Part shown: positions 43,879-56,400 of the stretch, one piece after another
Layout of the letters: each line of letters starts with the position of its first letter
Numbering within the stretch: position 1 is the first letter of the stretch
Source: an uncultured Acidobacteriota bacterium
GTDB taxonomy: Bacteria; Acidobacteriota; Blastocatellia; RBC074
Reading direction: 5' to 3'
NCBI GenBank assembly: GCA_963796275.1
Contig: CAWCKY010000001.1
Location: 64,001 to 128,000, forward strand
Length of the DNA: 64,000 bases
The notes under the pieces: generated by a model
What the model saw: the letters and a program-made list of their open reading frames with translations, nothing else
Told to the model about the DNA's origin: nothing
The model's database searches: none
Program-made: the position numbers and the translations under genes

Positions 43879-44034
43879 CAATCGTAGCGATCCATTCTTG
43901 TGACAATCTTGTGACAACAATACCTGGAAATAGCCTGAAATCCACGTCAACACCTGCACTGACCAGTGGCTGCAACTCATTGAAAATGTTGATAGATGTT
44001 GTTAAATGTGATTTCTTGATATGACCGTCGACGC

Positions 44035-44079
<45 letters not shown>

Positions 44080-44624
44080 AATAGAATCAACGATTTAGAG
44101 GCTGCCACCCGCAGCCTTTTTTGCATGGTGCCACACTCAGGTTTACTCATTGCGCTGATTTATTGCAATCGCACGCGAGACCGACGACCGCAGACGCGAA
44201 GGACAAACGCTCAACAACCTGGGCAAGAAGGGCAGGCATAGACCGCAAGCGTGAAGATAACCCAGCAGAACAGGCCGACGCCAAAGATGCTGAGGATGAT
44301 TCCGATGACGAGCATGGTGGTGCCTCTGTGACAATATCTGGCTGCGCCCACCACCACCGCGCGCCGGCCGGAGATATTGACAGCACATTGTCAATTATTC
44401 AATCATCGCTGGATACCACATCCGAGGTGCAGCGCGTCAGCCGGATGGGTGGCGTTGAGCCCGATCGGCGCGCTGGCGCTGGCGCGTCGCCCTGGAAAAG
44501 CTCGCGCGGGACCATGCCGCTGACCGCCACGCGCACCGCCGCCGACGCTTTGCTACCGCCCTGTGTGCCAACGACGCGGTGATCACCAATGTCGATTTCA
44601 GTCGAACGAAGTAGGAGATATTTA

Positions 44625-45035
44625 ATGTCGCTCGAACTCATCAACCCAGATGATCTGCCAATTCCAGAGATGTACACCCAGGTTGTCGTCGCGACGGGAT
44701 CCAAGCTGGTATTCGTCTCAGGTCAGCAGCCCGAAGACATACACGGCAAGCTCGTTGGGCATGGTGATTTTGCGGCGCAAGCGCGCCTGGCATTCGGCAA
44801 TCTCGGCCGAGCGCTCAATGCGGCAGGTGCACGGCCTGAGCAAGTTTGCAAGATCACAATCTACATTGTCGATTATAAGCGCGATGAACACGTTCCGATC
44901 ATCGAAGAAGCGCAGATTTCGCTGTTTGGAGATCACAAACCAGCGAATGTGGTGGTCGGGGTAGCGATAATGTCCCCAGGCTACCTCATAGAGGTCGACG
45001 CGATAGCGGTCATTGACGAGGCCATCAGAAGCTAG
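44625..45035 (+). CDS. RidA/YjgF family protein
   Basis: YTQVVV, LVFVSGQ, YLIEVDAIA; RBS AGGAGA. Confidence 0.9.
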   Translation: MSLELINPDDLPIPEMYTQVVVATGSKLVFVSGQQPEDIHGKLVGHGDFAAQARLAFGNLGRALNAAGARPEQVCKITIYIVDYKRDEHVPIIEEAQISLFGDHKPANVVVGVAIMSPGYLIEVDAIAVIDEAIRS

Positions 45036-45347
45036 CGTCGCCACAATGCGACCCGCGTCTTAATCAGAAACGAGCCGTGACAGCTCTGAATTGAACATGA
45101 TAAAAAAATCGGCCCAAGCCACTGGTTCATCGATAGCCAAATCCAATCACTTAGTATGACCAATGAACGAACGCTGGAACAGCCCCCAGATATTGTCGGA
45201 ACATTTCTAGGCCGATGGTGTCTAACGTAATAGGCGATCAAAATGACCAAATCTTCACCGACATTGAAAGCTATCCTCAACTGCCCGCCTCTTAGTCGTT
45301 AAACGTTGTCAAGCAGCGCGGCAATGGGACAGGATAGATTACCTGCG

Positions 45348-46163
45348 ATGAAATCCTTAGTAGTAAGAACAGTCCTCACGTTAATCTCACTCATCGTATG
45401 TGCAAGTCTCATCAAATTTTCGTATCGACATAATCAATCTCTGCCTTTTCCGAATTACGATACATTTACATGGCGTGTGCCCCAATATTTATCTTACTGG
45501 TGGGTGCGGCTGACGAATCCACCTGAGGATGGTTCACTCAGATGGAGGGTTCAGGAGGCGAAACGTAAAGGGGAAAGACATATTGAAAGAATAACTATTA
45601 GTTGCGGTACTGTGTTAACGAACCCTCAAGAAGCCTTGAAAGAAGCTCTCTCTTATTTTGCCGTAATTGTGGCAGAGCCGATCGAGAAGAAATCCTACGA
45701 AGGTAAGGACTACGTCATTACTTGCTATAGATTTAGAATAATCGAGACTCTCAACCCCAGGCCATTGGCCCCCTGTCCTCACTGCATCGGTTCATTTGAT
45801 CCTCCAAGCGACATGTCTCCAGTAGGTAATGATGAAATATTGATTCTACAACTTGGCGGCACAAAAATCATCGACGACGTCGAGGTTATTGATTCCGTTT
45901 CCAACCGGCCACACTACTCATTGTCTCAGAAGTATCTGCTCTTCCTGATACCAAATTCCCCAAGTTGGAAAAGTTTTCAAGGCCTGGGATCAGCCGGAGT
46001 ATTTGAAGTTGATAGCAAAGGCATTCTTAAACCTACCACTTCACACCATAGCGCGCTCAGCATATACATCCTTAAACACCACCATAATTCATTAGACCGG
46101 TTGAAATCGGATATTCAGCGGTTGGAGAGAGAATTCAGCAGTTCATCGAAAACTAGGCGATGA
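45348..46163 (+). CDS. Hypothetical exported protein
   Basis: N-terminal hydrophobic segment; QKYLLFL OB-like C-terminal pattern. Confidence 0.6.
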   Translation: MKSLVVRTVLTLISLIVCASLIKFSYRHNQSLPFPNYDTFTWRVPQYLSYWWVRLTNPPEDGSLRWRVQEAKRKGERHIERITISCGTVLTNPQEALKEALSYFAVIVAEPIEKKSYEGKDYVITCYRFRIIETLNPRPLAPCPHCIGSFDPPSDMSPVGNDEILILQLGGTKIIDDVEVIDSVSNRPHYSLSQKYLLFLIPNSPSWKSFQGLGSAGVFEVDSKGILKPTTSHHSALSIYILKHHHNSLDRLKSDIQRLEREFSSSSKTRR

Positions 46164-46499
46164 GCGATCAGCCGATGGTAGATATCGAACAAAGATTGAA
46201 TGCGTTGGTGGGTCTCGGTCATTTGAGCAGTAACGTCCGTGAGATTGGAGTCAAAGTAATTGCCGGACCGTTGTGTGTCGGTTTGGAATCTACTTCTACT
46301 TGGTTCACAACCACGGCCTAATAGCCAAGAAATTATGTCTTGGTTACTGGGCTTCTTTGCTCGCTAACTTCGTCCCTCTGGGTGACTGGCGGGTCAAACT
46401 TGCGGTGTATATGGTCAATTTGCTCGTACTGGCCGTGCTTCAACTCCAGACGTATTATGGAAGGAGTGCGGCAGTCGTCAGCGAGCGAATTCAATAGAT

Positions 46500-46760
46500 C
46501 GAGATCTTCGGTGCGTTGGCACCCATTGTCGTACCGGCGCACCGAAAGCTCACGATTATCGCTGATCCCCAGCGCCTCGGCGATTGAGCGCAATGTTTGC
46601 CCATTGCGAATCATCGGCCGCGCCTGCTGTTTGAATTCTTCGTCACACTTACGGCGCGTGAGTGGCCTCTGCAGAGTCGATGAATTTTGTACTCTTTTTT
46701 TCATAGTCGTGTTGCTTATTTTTCAAGCAACACTCGTTTCCATCGAACCGGAGCCATCTC
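46500..46760 (-). mobile_element. IS3-family orfA remnant
   Basis: RRK.DEEFKQQA...LRSIAEALGIS HTH. Confidence 0.6.
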
Positions 46761-46768
46761 ACACATAA

Positions 46769-46929
46769 GTTGTGCGTGATATAGGTCGTTTTTAAACATT
46801 TTGTTGTCCCATTAAATCAACCACTAAACGTAATATTCTCTCTGAATACTCGTATGGTTGACGGTCAATTTTCCCTGTAAGAGAAAGATGGGATTTGTCG
46901 GTCTGTGAAAGCAGAGATATCATTGAGTT
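46769..46929 (+). repeat. ~160-bp repeat, copy 2 (res-site-like)
   Basis: Direct repeat of 42666-42829. Confidence 0.85.
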
Positions 46930-46949
46930 GGTCAAATTGTTCTGCGCCA

Positions 46950-47115
46950 AAGTGTAGAGCGTGCTAAGGCGATGTTGCGTGCTCCCGATGGGCGAGTATT
47001 GGACGTGGCCGTGGCCTGTGGCTTCAAGACCCAGCAGCACTTTGCGCAGGTCTTCCGTGATGTCTGTGGAGTTAGCGCGACCAAGTACCCGCCAGGATTT
47101 CTGCTCCGAAGTGAC
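46950..47115 (+). pseudogene. AraC C-terminal HTH fragment
   Basis: RVLDVAVACGFKTQQHFAQVFRDVCGVSAT. Confidence 0.75.
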
Positions 47116-47523
47116 TAGCGCAAGACAGCACGCAATTCAGCAAGATTCCGACCATCCGAGCAGAAACTCGCCCAGTTCCGTATCCGATGTGTGGTTTACT
47201 CACAGTTGTGAGCATATCTACGACGTCAGAGAAAGTGGTGAGCGAAAGGAACCGAAGCAGGTTTCTCCTTGCCGCGATTTTGGGGACAGCGAATGTACCC
47301 GTCCCTTTGCGTACTGTCTAAACTGCATAATGAAGAAGTCGAAATTACTAAATTGAGAAGAGCAATGAATCACGCCTAAAGAGAACACGATGCAAGTTAA
47401 GGAAAAGACAATGAGTGTACTTCAAGTCAAGACGGTTCAAAGGCCTTTTACACCGGCACAACAATACATTGATGCAAAACATGGATTAAGCGGCGATATT
47501 TACTGCCGCGACGCGGGGGTAAA

Positions 47524-48564
47524 ATGATCCGCACAAAACTTACCGAGCGTTATGGTATCGAGCTGCCTTTTGTCTCCGCCGGTATGGGCTTCATTGCCAT
47601 ACCACCTTTGGCAGCAGCCGTTTCAAATGCCGGCGGATTGGGTCAGTTGGCCACTGGCGCCGCTCCGCCTGAGATCTTACGCAAGTTGATCAGCTCGACG
47701 CGCGCCCTAACAAGCCGCCCCTTTGCTGTCAACTTCATCATTGAAACTACAGCCTTCGGTCCGCTGGCCACCGACGCCCATCTTAGAGTGTGCATCGAGG
47801 AGCGTGTACCGGCAGTCGTGTTCCACTGGGCTCCGCCACCGGTTGAGTGGGTCCGAATGCTGAAAGAAGCGGCATGCGACGTATGGCTGCAGACGAGTTC
47901 GATTGCAACCGCGCAGGCAGCCACCGCCTCCGGCGTCGATATCATCATTGCTCAAGGTAGTGAAGCGGGCGGACACAATAGGAGTACGACAGGTCTATTC
48001 ACCCTGTTGCCACGGATGGTAGATGCTGTGAATCCCGCGCCGGTAATCGCGGCCGGCGGAATCGCCGATGGCAGAGGTATGGCCGCGGCCTTGTGCTTAG
48101 GCGCTGCCGGAGTATGTGTCGGAACACGGCTGGTAGCGACTGTCGAATCAAACGCACACGATGAATACAAGCGCCGGATTACGGAGGCTACAGAGGAGGA
48201 TATTGCGAGGACTTGCATTTTCGGTCCCGAGTGGCCGAACGCTCCGATGCGCGTGATACGCAACCGGGTAGTACGTGAGTGGGCAGGCAACGACGCGCAG
48301 ACGCCGCCACAGCCCGATCCTCCGCAGACCATCGGGAAAACGATACTTGGCGGCCGAGAATATTTGATGCCAAAGTTTGCTGCCATCCTTCCGACTCCGG
48401 AAACGACTGGTGACTTTGAAGAAATGTGCCTGGCCGCAGGCGAAAGCGCAGCGCTCGTGAACACAATCGGCTCGGCACCGGCCATTGTGCAGACGATAGC
48501 GAAAGAAGCGGAGCAGATTCTGGAACAGCAAAGGACAGCGGTCGCTTCGATGCATCCAAAGTGA
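47524..48564 (+). CDS. Nitronate monooxygenase family flavoprotein
   Basis: AVSNAGGLG, AQGSEAGGH, IAAGGIADGRG, GTRL. Confidence 0.92.
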   Translation: MIRTKLTERYGIELPFVSAGMGFIAIPPLAAAVSNAGGLGQLATGAAPPEILRKLISSTRALTSRPFAVNFIIETTAFGPLATDAHLRVCIEERVPAVVFHWAPPPVEWVRMLKEAACDVWLQTSSIATAQAATASGVDIIIAQGSEAGGHNRSTTGLFTLLPRMVDAVNPAPVIAAGGIADGRGMAAALCLGAAGVCVGTRLVATVESNAHDEYKRRITEATEEDIARTCIFGPEWPNAPMRVIRNRVVREWAGNDAQTPPQPDPPQTIGKTILGGREYLMPKFAAILPTPETTGDFEEMCLAAGESAALVNTIGSAPAIVQTIAKEAEQILEQQRTAVASMHPK

Positions 48565-48715
48565 TTTGCTGCAGATATAGTAGTAGCTTGGATAGCCATC
48601 AAAGCTCCTCATCGGAGCTCGTTCGCTTTTCTGACACATGATTAATGCCGACTAAAATGGTGCCGGCTTCAGGACGGATCCTAACCGCGGCTGGTGCTCC
48701 ATCTAAATTTGGTAT

Positions 48716-49738
48716 ATGGAGAAAGTACAAATGACTGTGATACCTGATCGAGTTATCCAATTGGGCTTGGGATTTTGGGGTTCTAAGACTCTCTTGAGCG
48801 CGATTGAGCTTGGCGTATTTACTATGCTTGCGAATGGACCGATGGATTTGCATAACCTGACGGTCAGTCTCGGGCTACACCCACGAAGTAGCCGAGATTT
48901 CTTCGACGCCCTGGTAGCTCTCGGAATGCTCGAGCGAGAGGACCTGCAGTATCGGAACACACCAGAGACGGATAATTTCCTGGATCGAAACAAACGCACC
49001 TACATCGGCGGCATGCTCGAGATGGCCAACGAGCGGCTCTACGCGTACTGGGGCACGTTGACCGAGGGCCTACGAACAGGACAGCCGCAAAACGAAACGA
49101 AGACCGGCGCTCCCGGTCTGTTCGAAAACCTCTACGGAGACCCCGAACGGTTGAGGCTTTTCCTGGGGGCAATGACAGGTCTTAGCGCCGGGGCAGCCAG
49201 AGCCATCGCCGAAAAATTTCCCTGGCGGAATTACAAGACAGTCGTTGATGTTGGCGGGGCTCAGGGTGGCCTGCTGGTCCAGGTGGCGTTGGCCCACGAG
49301 CACCTCAAAGGCACGAACTTCGACCTTGAAGTCGTTGGGCCAGTGTTTTCCGAATACGTTGCAAAACATGGCCTAAGCCAACGGCTCTCGTTTTCGCCCG
49401 GCAACTTCTTTGAAGACCCGTTGCCTGAGGCTGATGTGATTACCATGGGTCATATTCTCCACGACTGGGATATTGATCAAAAGGGCATGTTGCTGCAAAA
49501 GGCTTATGAGGCCCTACCGAGTGGAGGCGCTTTAATTGTCTTCGAAGCGCTGATCGATGACGAGCGGCGGACGAATGCGTTTGGTTTGTTGATGAGCCTG
49601 AACATGTTGATTGAGACGCCCGGAGGCTTTGATTTCACCGGCAGAGATTGCAGCGGCTGGATGAAAGAAGTGGGCTTCACGAGCACCAGAGTTGAGCATT
49701 TGATTGGCCCGGATTCGATGGTCGTGGGTATCAAATAG
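48716..49738 (+). CDS. O-methyltransferase (Methyltransf_2 + dimerisation domain)
   Basis: [17 protein letters not shown]. Confidence 0.92.
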   Translation: MEKVQMTVIPDRVIQLGLGFWGSKTLLSAIELGVFTMLANGPMDLHNLTVSLGLHPRSSRDFFDALVALGMLEREDLQYRNTPETDNFLDRNKRTYIGGMLEMANERLYAYWGTLTEGLRTGQPQNETKTGAPGLFENLYGDPERLRLFLGAMTGLSAGAARAIAEKFPWRNYKTVVDVGGAQGGLLVQVALAHEHLKGTNFDLEVVGPVFSEYVAKHGLSQRLSFSPGNFFEDPLPEADVITMGHILHDWDIDQKGMLLQKAYEALPSGGALIVFEALIDDERRTNAFGLLMSLNMLIETPGGFDFTGRDCSGWMKEVGFTSTRVEHLIGPDSMVVGIK

Positions 49739-49764
49739 AGTCGCGTTTAGCGTCGTTTGCGGGC

Positions 49765-50130
49765 AGGCTTGGCGGTTCCGGAACGGCTGAACTGAGCATA
49801 GGGCAAAGGCGGGAAATACCTGATCACCCCGCCCGATTACAAGGACAAGGTTCCAGAGGGCTATATCCATTTACCCTCATTTACCTATCAGGGCTATGCG
49901 CTGCTGCGTTCGATTCTGAAGAGCCGCAGCGCTGAGGATATCAGCAAAGCGGTGTAGTACGGCAAGCGGATCAAACTCTACCAGCTCTCGCAAGCGGCTA
50001 ATCCCCCCGAGACAAAATTTATTGACGCGATAGACACGGTGGTGGACGGAGTCATTCCATACGATGTCCGTTTCTTCGAATCTCTCGATCGGATGGTGCA
50101 GGCCGAGCCCTGGCTGGAGCGCGACCGCGC
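49765..50130 (+). pseudogene. DUF1254/DUF1214 family fragment
   Basis: GGKYLITPPDY..VPEGY, IPYDVRFFESL; internal stop. Confidence 0.7.
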
Positions 50131-50610
50131 GTCCTTGCCCAGCTTCTGCTCACGGATCTCGAGAGCGCGCCGGTTGAATGGTTCGGCCTCCTGGAACTGG
50201 CCCCCTGGTAGAGAAGAATCTGGCGAGTTCGTCGAGGCTTCGGGCAATGGCTGGGTGATCCGTACCCAGCGCCTTCTCCTGAATTTTGATGGCGCGCCTC
50301 AAGAGAAGTTCAACCTCTCCATACTTGCCTTGATACTGATAGACGGCGGTGAGAGCTTGGAGGGTGGCAGCCAGCGATAGATGATCTTTGCCCAATCTCT
50401 TCTCGCTGATATCGAGCGCGCGGTCTAGGAGTGGTCCTGCCTCTGCGGGCTTATTCTGCGCATAGTAGAGGTCTGCCAGGTTGATGAGGCTGGTAGCGGT
50501 GGACAGATGATTCTCGCCCAGTTCCTTTTCGCGAATCTTGAGCGCGCGCTCGAGAAGCGTTCCGCCTCCGCATACTCCGTTATTCTCTGCAGACTTATCC
50601 CAAGCCAGTT
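50130..50610 (-). pseudogene. TPR repeat protein fragments
   Basis: RALEIREQKLG, LGTDHPAIARSL; several frameshifts. Confidence 0.75.
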
Positions 50611-50905
50611 CAAAACGTCTGGATCGTCTTCTCTCAGTAAAACGACTTCTTGAAAGGTGTCCGCGGCTGCGCTGTACTTCTCCTGTCCGTATAGAGATTG
50701 CCCAAGGAAGAAGGCGGCGTCTGCCAGGTCCGTCCCGGTCTTCTGACTCGCCCCTTTTCGCCTTTAATAGGCTTGCGTCAGCAATTTGGTCGCCGTCTGG
50801 AAGTTCTTCTCATAGAGAGCCGCCAGCCCTTGCGGCATGCGTTGAACGCGGATTAGGGTGCGAGGCGGTGAGTATGCAGATCGTTGCCACGCCTAAAACT
50901 AGGGC

Positions 50906-51469
50906 CTATGCTGATTTGAAACGGTAACGATGGAGCGTCGCCCCCGATCCGAAATCATGGCTATCGATCAAATCAAGAACGCGCCGTTTTCCATTCTTCG
51001 TAAACAGCGGCGTTCCTCCGCCCAGCAAGATTGGATATTCGATCAAGTGCACTTCATCCACCAATCCTCGGTCGAGGATGGCCTGCGTTGCGCTGGCTCC
51101 TGCGAAAAGCGCGATCGGGCGTCGGGCCTGTCTTTTTAGCTGTGGAATGTCGTCGAGCCTGATCGCGTGTGAATTCGCCCATCCGGTTCGTTCTGCCTGA
51201 TGAGTGAGGACATATTTGGGCAAGGCGTTCATCAGCCTCGCCTGCTCGATCAGATCTTCGGAGGCGCCGTTGTTTGAGCCGGCGTCGGGCCAAAATTTGG
51301 CCAGCAGTTCGTGCGCCCTTCGCCCGAAAATCATGCCGTCGACCGATCGGAGCGTCTCCGTCGCAAAGCGATCCATTGATAGATCGCTCGTCATCCATTC
51401 GATGTCTCGTCCGGCGTCTTCGATATATCCGTCCAATGAGATACCGATTTGGAGAAACAAATCCGCCAT
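50906..51469 (-). CDS. Dihydrofolate reductase-like (RibD_C) protein
   Basis: ISLDGYI, IFGR, LVDE..L..YPILLGGG. Confidence 0.9.
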   Translation of the reverse strand: MADLFLQIGISLDGYIEDAGRDIEWMTSDLSMDRFATETLRSVDGMIFGRRAHELLAKFWPDAGSNNGASEDLIEQARLMNALPKYVLTHQAERTGWANSHAIRLDDIPQLKRQARRPIALFAGASATQAILDRGLVDEVHLIEYPILLGGGTPLFTKNGKRRVLDLIDSHDFGSGATLHRYRFKSA

Positions 51470-51702
51470 ATCTTTCTCCTCCTTCCAGTTAGAGTGTCCT
51501 GCGGCGTAATGCTAATCGACCGGCGAAAAAGAAAAATGCCGAGTTGAAGGACGCCTGTCCCTGCCGAAAACCTCATCCTGCCTTGAAATACTTGCGGTTA
51601 GAGGGATCATCAGCCATTCTGCTCGATCGTCCGGCTAATCCTTTTGAGGAAGAGACAATTCTTCGATCTGAGCGAAGCGAACTCCTTTTGTCCCATTCGG
51701 TG

Positions 51703-52344
51703 TCATTCACGCTTGGCTACTTCGATTCTGATAAACTCTGGAAGGTACGACGGCGTACAGTTTTTGGCAACATGCTCGTCCTTGTAGAGCCCCAATGCTT
51801 CCCCAAGTTTGATACACCTGGATCGAAATTCAGGCTCGTGAACACCAATTTGGCCAGCGCAGAAGTTCATCGCCCATTGAACTTCGGGTTCAGCATTAGC
51901 CATATTGTTTTCCAGGGAATCAAGCAGGTCTGCACTATTACCGGGAGGAGCTTGCCCGACCCAGCGCAAGCGAGCTTGGTGATACCAGAACAAGCGACGC
52001 AGAATCGGGGAAGGATTCTTCTCCCATGTCGCGATCAGGGAGACAAGTTTCTTGTCTTTGGCTAGCTGGTTTGCCAACAGCCAGTCAGCCAATTGGTTGC
52101 GTTCCTCCGCGTCATGCCGAAGCATATCCGATGCAAGCTGATCGATGACATTTTCTGCGAGGAGCTTCTTATCGAAGATGAGGGTCGCGAGAAGACGAGG
52201 GTAGTATTCGCCCGTTGACCAAAGCTCCATTGCCAGATCGTGGTCTTTCTTGATCTCGTTGCCACGCTTTTTTAGGTCGCCCAGCTTCACGTTTCCGTTA
52301 GTGATCTCGGCGACAAGTTTCTTTGCTCTTGCCGATAAAGCCAT
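51703..52344 (-). CDS. DNA alkylation repair (HEAT-like) protein
   Basis: DHDLAMELWSTG, EVQWAMN, CTPSY. Confidence 0.85.
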   Translation of the reverse strand: MALSARAKKLVAEITNGNVKLGDLKKRGNEIKKDHDLAMELWSTGEYYPRLLATLIFDKKLLAENVIDQLASDMLRHDAEERNQLADWLLANQLAKDKKLVSLIATWEKNPSPILRRLFWYHQARLRWVGQAPPGNSADLLDSLENNMANAEPEVQWAMNFCAGQIGVHEPEFRSRCIKLGEALGLYKDEHVAKNCTPSYLPEFIRIEVAKRE

Positions 52345-52596
52345 TTTGTCTGTCTCCCCTCTACTTGCCAGATAACGTATTAAGAATTCGTGTGGCGCGG
52401 AGGCATTGTAGTCTTACACAAAGGCCAGGAAATAGCTGCCAAACGAAAGTTGTCATTGTGGACATTGGTGAGCTTTCGGTATGCCGGTAAGACAATGGGT
52501 CCCGGCGTACTGAAAGCCTACTATACTTCTTACTTTGATTGTCATGGCTTAAATAGTGATGGTCGCTTGACCTTCGCCAGATTTTTAAGAAATTCA

Positions 52597-53440
52597 GGCT
52601 CTGTTGCAAATAAACCAGGCGACCGGTCCTCAAAGCTGGTAGACTGACCCAATTCTATTATCACTGGGGGTTGCTCTGACCAAATCCAACCCGTTCAAAT
52701 GGCGACACTACGAGTCCGAAGTCATTCTTCTCTGCGTCCGCTGGTATCTGCGCTCTGCCCTCAGTTCTCGCGACCTCGAAGAAATGATGGAGGAGCGCAA
52801 CCTCACAGTCGATCATACGATGATCTACCGGTGGGTTCAGGCATATGCTCCAGAATTGGAGAAAAGATCACGCCCTCATCTGCGCTCAACCAATGACTCC
52901 TACCGCGTCGATGAAACCTACATCAAGATCAAAGGGAAATGGCATTACCTCTACCGCGCTGTGGATTCCACCGGCCAAACGATTGACTTTATGCTCAGCG
53001 CTAAAAGGGATACGAAGGCCGCCAAACGCTTCTTCCGCAAGATGCTGAAGGCCCCCGAAAATCAATCCCCACGGGTCATCAACGTCGATCAGAACAAAGC
53101 CTATCCGCCCGCCGTCGAAGAGTTGAAGGAGGAAGGAGTCCTGTCTATCGCCACTCGATTACGCCTATGCAAGTACCTCAATAACATCATCGAGCAGGAT
53201 CATCGATTCATAAAACGCCGAGTCAATCCCGGACTCGGATTCTTCAGCTTCAACACGGCGCGGCGGATCATCGGTGGTTATGAGGTCACAAATATGATCC
53301 GGAAGGGCCAGGTTGAAGGAATCGGGAAAGGCGACCTTCGCGGACAAGTTAGATTCGTGGAGAGCCTCTTCAAGGTGGCCGCCTGAACTGAAGTAACGTT
53401 CAGCATTTTTGTGTCCCAACTTATTTTTTGCAACACAACC
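52597..53440 (+). mobile_element. IS6 family element; transposase open from CTG 52676 to 53386
   Basis: IRs ggctctgttgcaaa / tttgcaacacaacc; FKWRH, RVDETY, YLNNIIEQDHR. Confidence 0.93.
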
Positions 53441-53505
53441 GATTGAATAGATCAGCCAGCAGCAAACGGTTCTTTTCAATCGCATCGCCGGCATAGGAAG
53501 ACACT

Positions 53506-54794
53506 CTATTTAGCGCTCACAACCACAACTCCGCCTTTCATCACCCAGCGGATTTTGTTGATCACGACTTCAATGTCGGCCAGCGGGTCGCCTTCTACGG
53601 CAACGATGTCGGCGTAAAAGCCCGGAGAGATCGCGCCCAGACTCTTCTCCATGCCGAGCAGCGCCGCGCCGTTCGTGGTTGCGGAGCCGAGCGCCTCGGC
53701 TGGCGTCATCCCGGCTTTGACGAACCAGCCGAGCTCTCTCGTGTTTTGGCCGAACATCGTGAAAACCGCGTCCGAGCCCATCGCGAAACGCACGCCTGCT
53801 TTGTGGGCGCGTCGCGCCGTCTCCAGGTTGCGCCCGATGTAATCGTTCAGCCGGTCAGTTGAGCCAGTGGAGAAGCCGTACTTGTCGGCGTTGTCAACGT
53901 AATAACGGTTGTGATCAATCGTCGGCACGTAGAAAGTCCCGCGCCGAGCCATCTCACCGATCGTCTCGTCATCCATGTCAGTAGCATGCTCGATCGAATC
54001 GGCCCCGGCTCGGACGGCGTCTCGCGCGCCGCTCGGCCCGTAAGAATGAATCGAGATACGCTTTCCCACGCTGTGCGCGGCGTCAACCGCCGCCTTCATC
54101 TCCTCGAATGTGAATGTCTGGTTGCCGGTAACATCCTCGAAGCCTCCACTCGATCCGTACATCTTCACCCAATCGGCGCCGGCTTCGATTTGTTGCAGCG
54201 CCACGCGCATTACGGTCACTTTCCCGCTTGCCTGCCCGCCACTGGAATAAACTGAGCCGGGGCGTAGAGCGGTGCGGGCTTTTTGCAATCCGTAACCGGA
54301 GACGAACATGCGCGGCCCAATCATTGCGCCCTGATTGATCAAATCGCGCATGGCTATGTCCAGATACTCGGATGCGCCCAGGTCGCGCGCCGTCGTCACT
54401 CCGGTTTCCAAAGTTTTGCGCGCGTTCTCTTGCGCCAGGAAGGGGATGGTCGAAGCTGCGCGTGTTCCAGGCTGAGAACGCGGCTGCGTGCCTGGCGCTT
54501 GATCCCAGTAGTACGTCATGTGTGTGTGCGCGTCAATTAATCCCGGAATGGCGGTGTAACGCGTCAGATCAATTACTTCGACGCCGGGGGGATTGACGAG
54601 CCGTCGGCGCTCACGCTACGGATGCGATCGTTTTCGATCATGACCACAACGTTCGTGATCGCTTTCCCTGCGCCGTCAATGAGCTTGCCGAAACGCAGCG
54701 CTTTGATCGGAGCGGCTGATTTGGACCCAGGCCAAACGCCGAACAGGACGGCTAAGGACGAGAGAATGATCATCGAGATTCTGACATTGCGCAT
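53506..54794 (-). pseudogene. Secreted amidohydrolase family protein, frameshifted ~54575
   Basis: PGLIDAHTH, IHSYG, IEH, MGSDA, ADIVAV.GDPL. Confidence 0.88.
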
Positions 54795-55422
54795 AGGATT
54801 CCTCTGTTTAATAAGGGTTAAAAAAGGCGCCCTGCCGGTGGTACGGCGTCAAGGTTCCGAAAGGTCGGGGGTCATTTTCCGTAAACATCCGCACGTTTGC
54901 GGAGCAGGCTCGCCTGAATGTCTACCACAACACCGACGACCTCTCGCCACAGGAGGGACGCTGGCTTCCGGCCGTAGGGAAAACGCATACCCTTCATCAA
55001 AGGTTGGCTCTTCCGGCCCGTCCTGCGTGAGATTGAGAAAATTCTCGTTGCTTAAGCCCGGTTTCGTATTGATGAAGTTACCGTAACAATGCAATGCGTT
55101 ATTGATACCGTTATGACCGCCTGCCAGTGGGTTGAAGCCGATTACCTCGATGATTCAACGCCCAGTGCGTGTCGTCGCGAAAGGCATTGAGGCGAGTGGT
55201 AATAGGGTAGCTTCATGCGTCGGCGGGAGACGGCCGCCGTCTCCCCCGTAGTTCTCTATGCGGATTTCGTCTCGTCTTCCGGAACGCCGCTGCCCTTGTA
55301 GGAGCCGAGGTCTTTGATCAGGCCAAGGAGCTCGGGATCGTTTTCGAACCGGCTACGGTGGATCTCGCGTATTTTGTCGCCGATCGTGGGTCTGCAACCA
55401 TCACAGACATCGTTCCAATTAG

Positions 55423-56400
55423 CTACGGATTTCGAGAGAGCACAGAGCACGAAGGAGCCTGAGCATACGATGCCGTTCTTGTGGCCAGAAATCCATGAGT
55501 TACGCCAACGTTATCGGTGAACTCGCCCACGATTTGGCCGCTATCATTGATCCCATATGGCAGGGTAGCGGCCGCCTCAGGGAAATCGATTGGGGTATAG
55601 ACATGGTTGCTCAAGAGAAAGCCATGCGCTGTATCGAAATCTGCTCCGAAAACGCCAACAATCTCCCCAACATTATTAATCCCATAGGCTTGGGTATTCG
55701 GGGCCTTAGGGTAATCTATCGGTATGGGGACCCCATTGATCCTGTTCAATAGGAAGCCGTGTATTCGGCGGTTACCGGCCTCGTCGGCCTCTATGAAATA
55801 GCCAGTGACCTGGCCGCGATTGTTGATCCCTATGGCATCTGTATCCAAGGCGTTCGGGTAATCTATCGGGGTGAAGGCGCCATGGGCATAGAGAAAGCCA
55901 CGAAGTGTGTCATTGGGCAGGAGGCCGACGTGTCCCACGATTTGGCCAAAATCATTGATGTCAATGGGACTGGTATTACCGCCCGGTAAATCGATCGGAG
56001 TGAAAGTCCCATCATTGTCGCGGAGAAAGCCGTGCTGTTCGGGTTTACCATCTATTATGGTTATGGAACCGCCCACGATCTGACCGTAGTCATTAATTCC
56101 TAAGGCCCCGGTATTGATGCCGACCGGGGAATCGATCTGAGTGAAAGCCCCATTGGCTAAAAGAAATCCGTGCTGTTCGCCAGTTTTCTTATCAATGTAG
56201 TATCCAACGATTTGACCATAATTATTGATCCCCCTGAGTTCTGTATGACTGGCGCCCTCGACATCGAAACAGGAATAGCCGAGTACAGCGACGCCTGATT
56301 CCTGTAAGTTGACGGCCAACGACCTGTCGCCCAGCCAGGCACCAACGAACGCGCATAAAATAACCCCTGCGCAGACCATCGAACGCATGTTCATAATCAT
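55423..56400 (-). CDS. Extracellular HAF-like repeat protein
   Basis: Six GIN..GQIVG...HGFL repeats; signal peptide. Confidence 0.85.
   Translation of the reverse strand: MIMNMRSMVCAGVILCAFVGAWLGDRSLAVNLQESGVAVLGYSCFDVEGASHTELRGINNYGQIVGYYIDKKTGEQHGFLLANGAFTQIDSPVGINTGALGINDYGQIVGGSITIIDGKPEQHGFLRDNDGTFTPIDLPGGNTSPIDINDFGQIVGHVGLLPNDTLRGFLYAHGAFTPIDYPNALDTDAIGINNRGQVTGYFIEADEAGNRRIHGFLLNRINGVPIPIDYPKAPNTQAYGINNVGEIVGVFGADFDTAHGFLLSNHVYTPIDFPEAAATLPYGINDSGQIVGEFTDNVGVTHGFLATRTASYAQAPSCSVLSRNP

Noticed and set aside
47643-48639. Long antisense ORFs over real genes (also 3941-4507, 15425-15907, 40585-41028)
   Set aside because: Shadow ORFs of GC-rich coding sequence with no RBS or motifs
50820-52400. 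Integron cassette array around the DHFR-like and alkylation-repair genes
   Set aside because: Only an isolated GTTATCTGGC near 52370; no complete attC palindromes could be built
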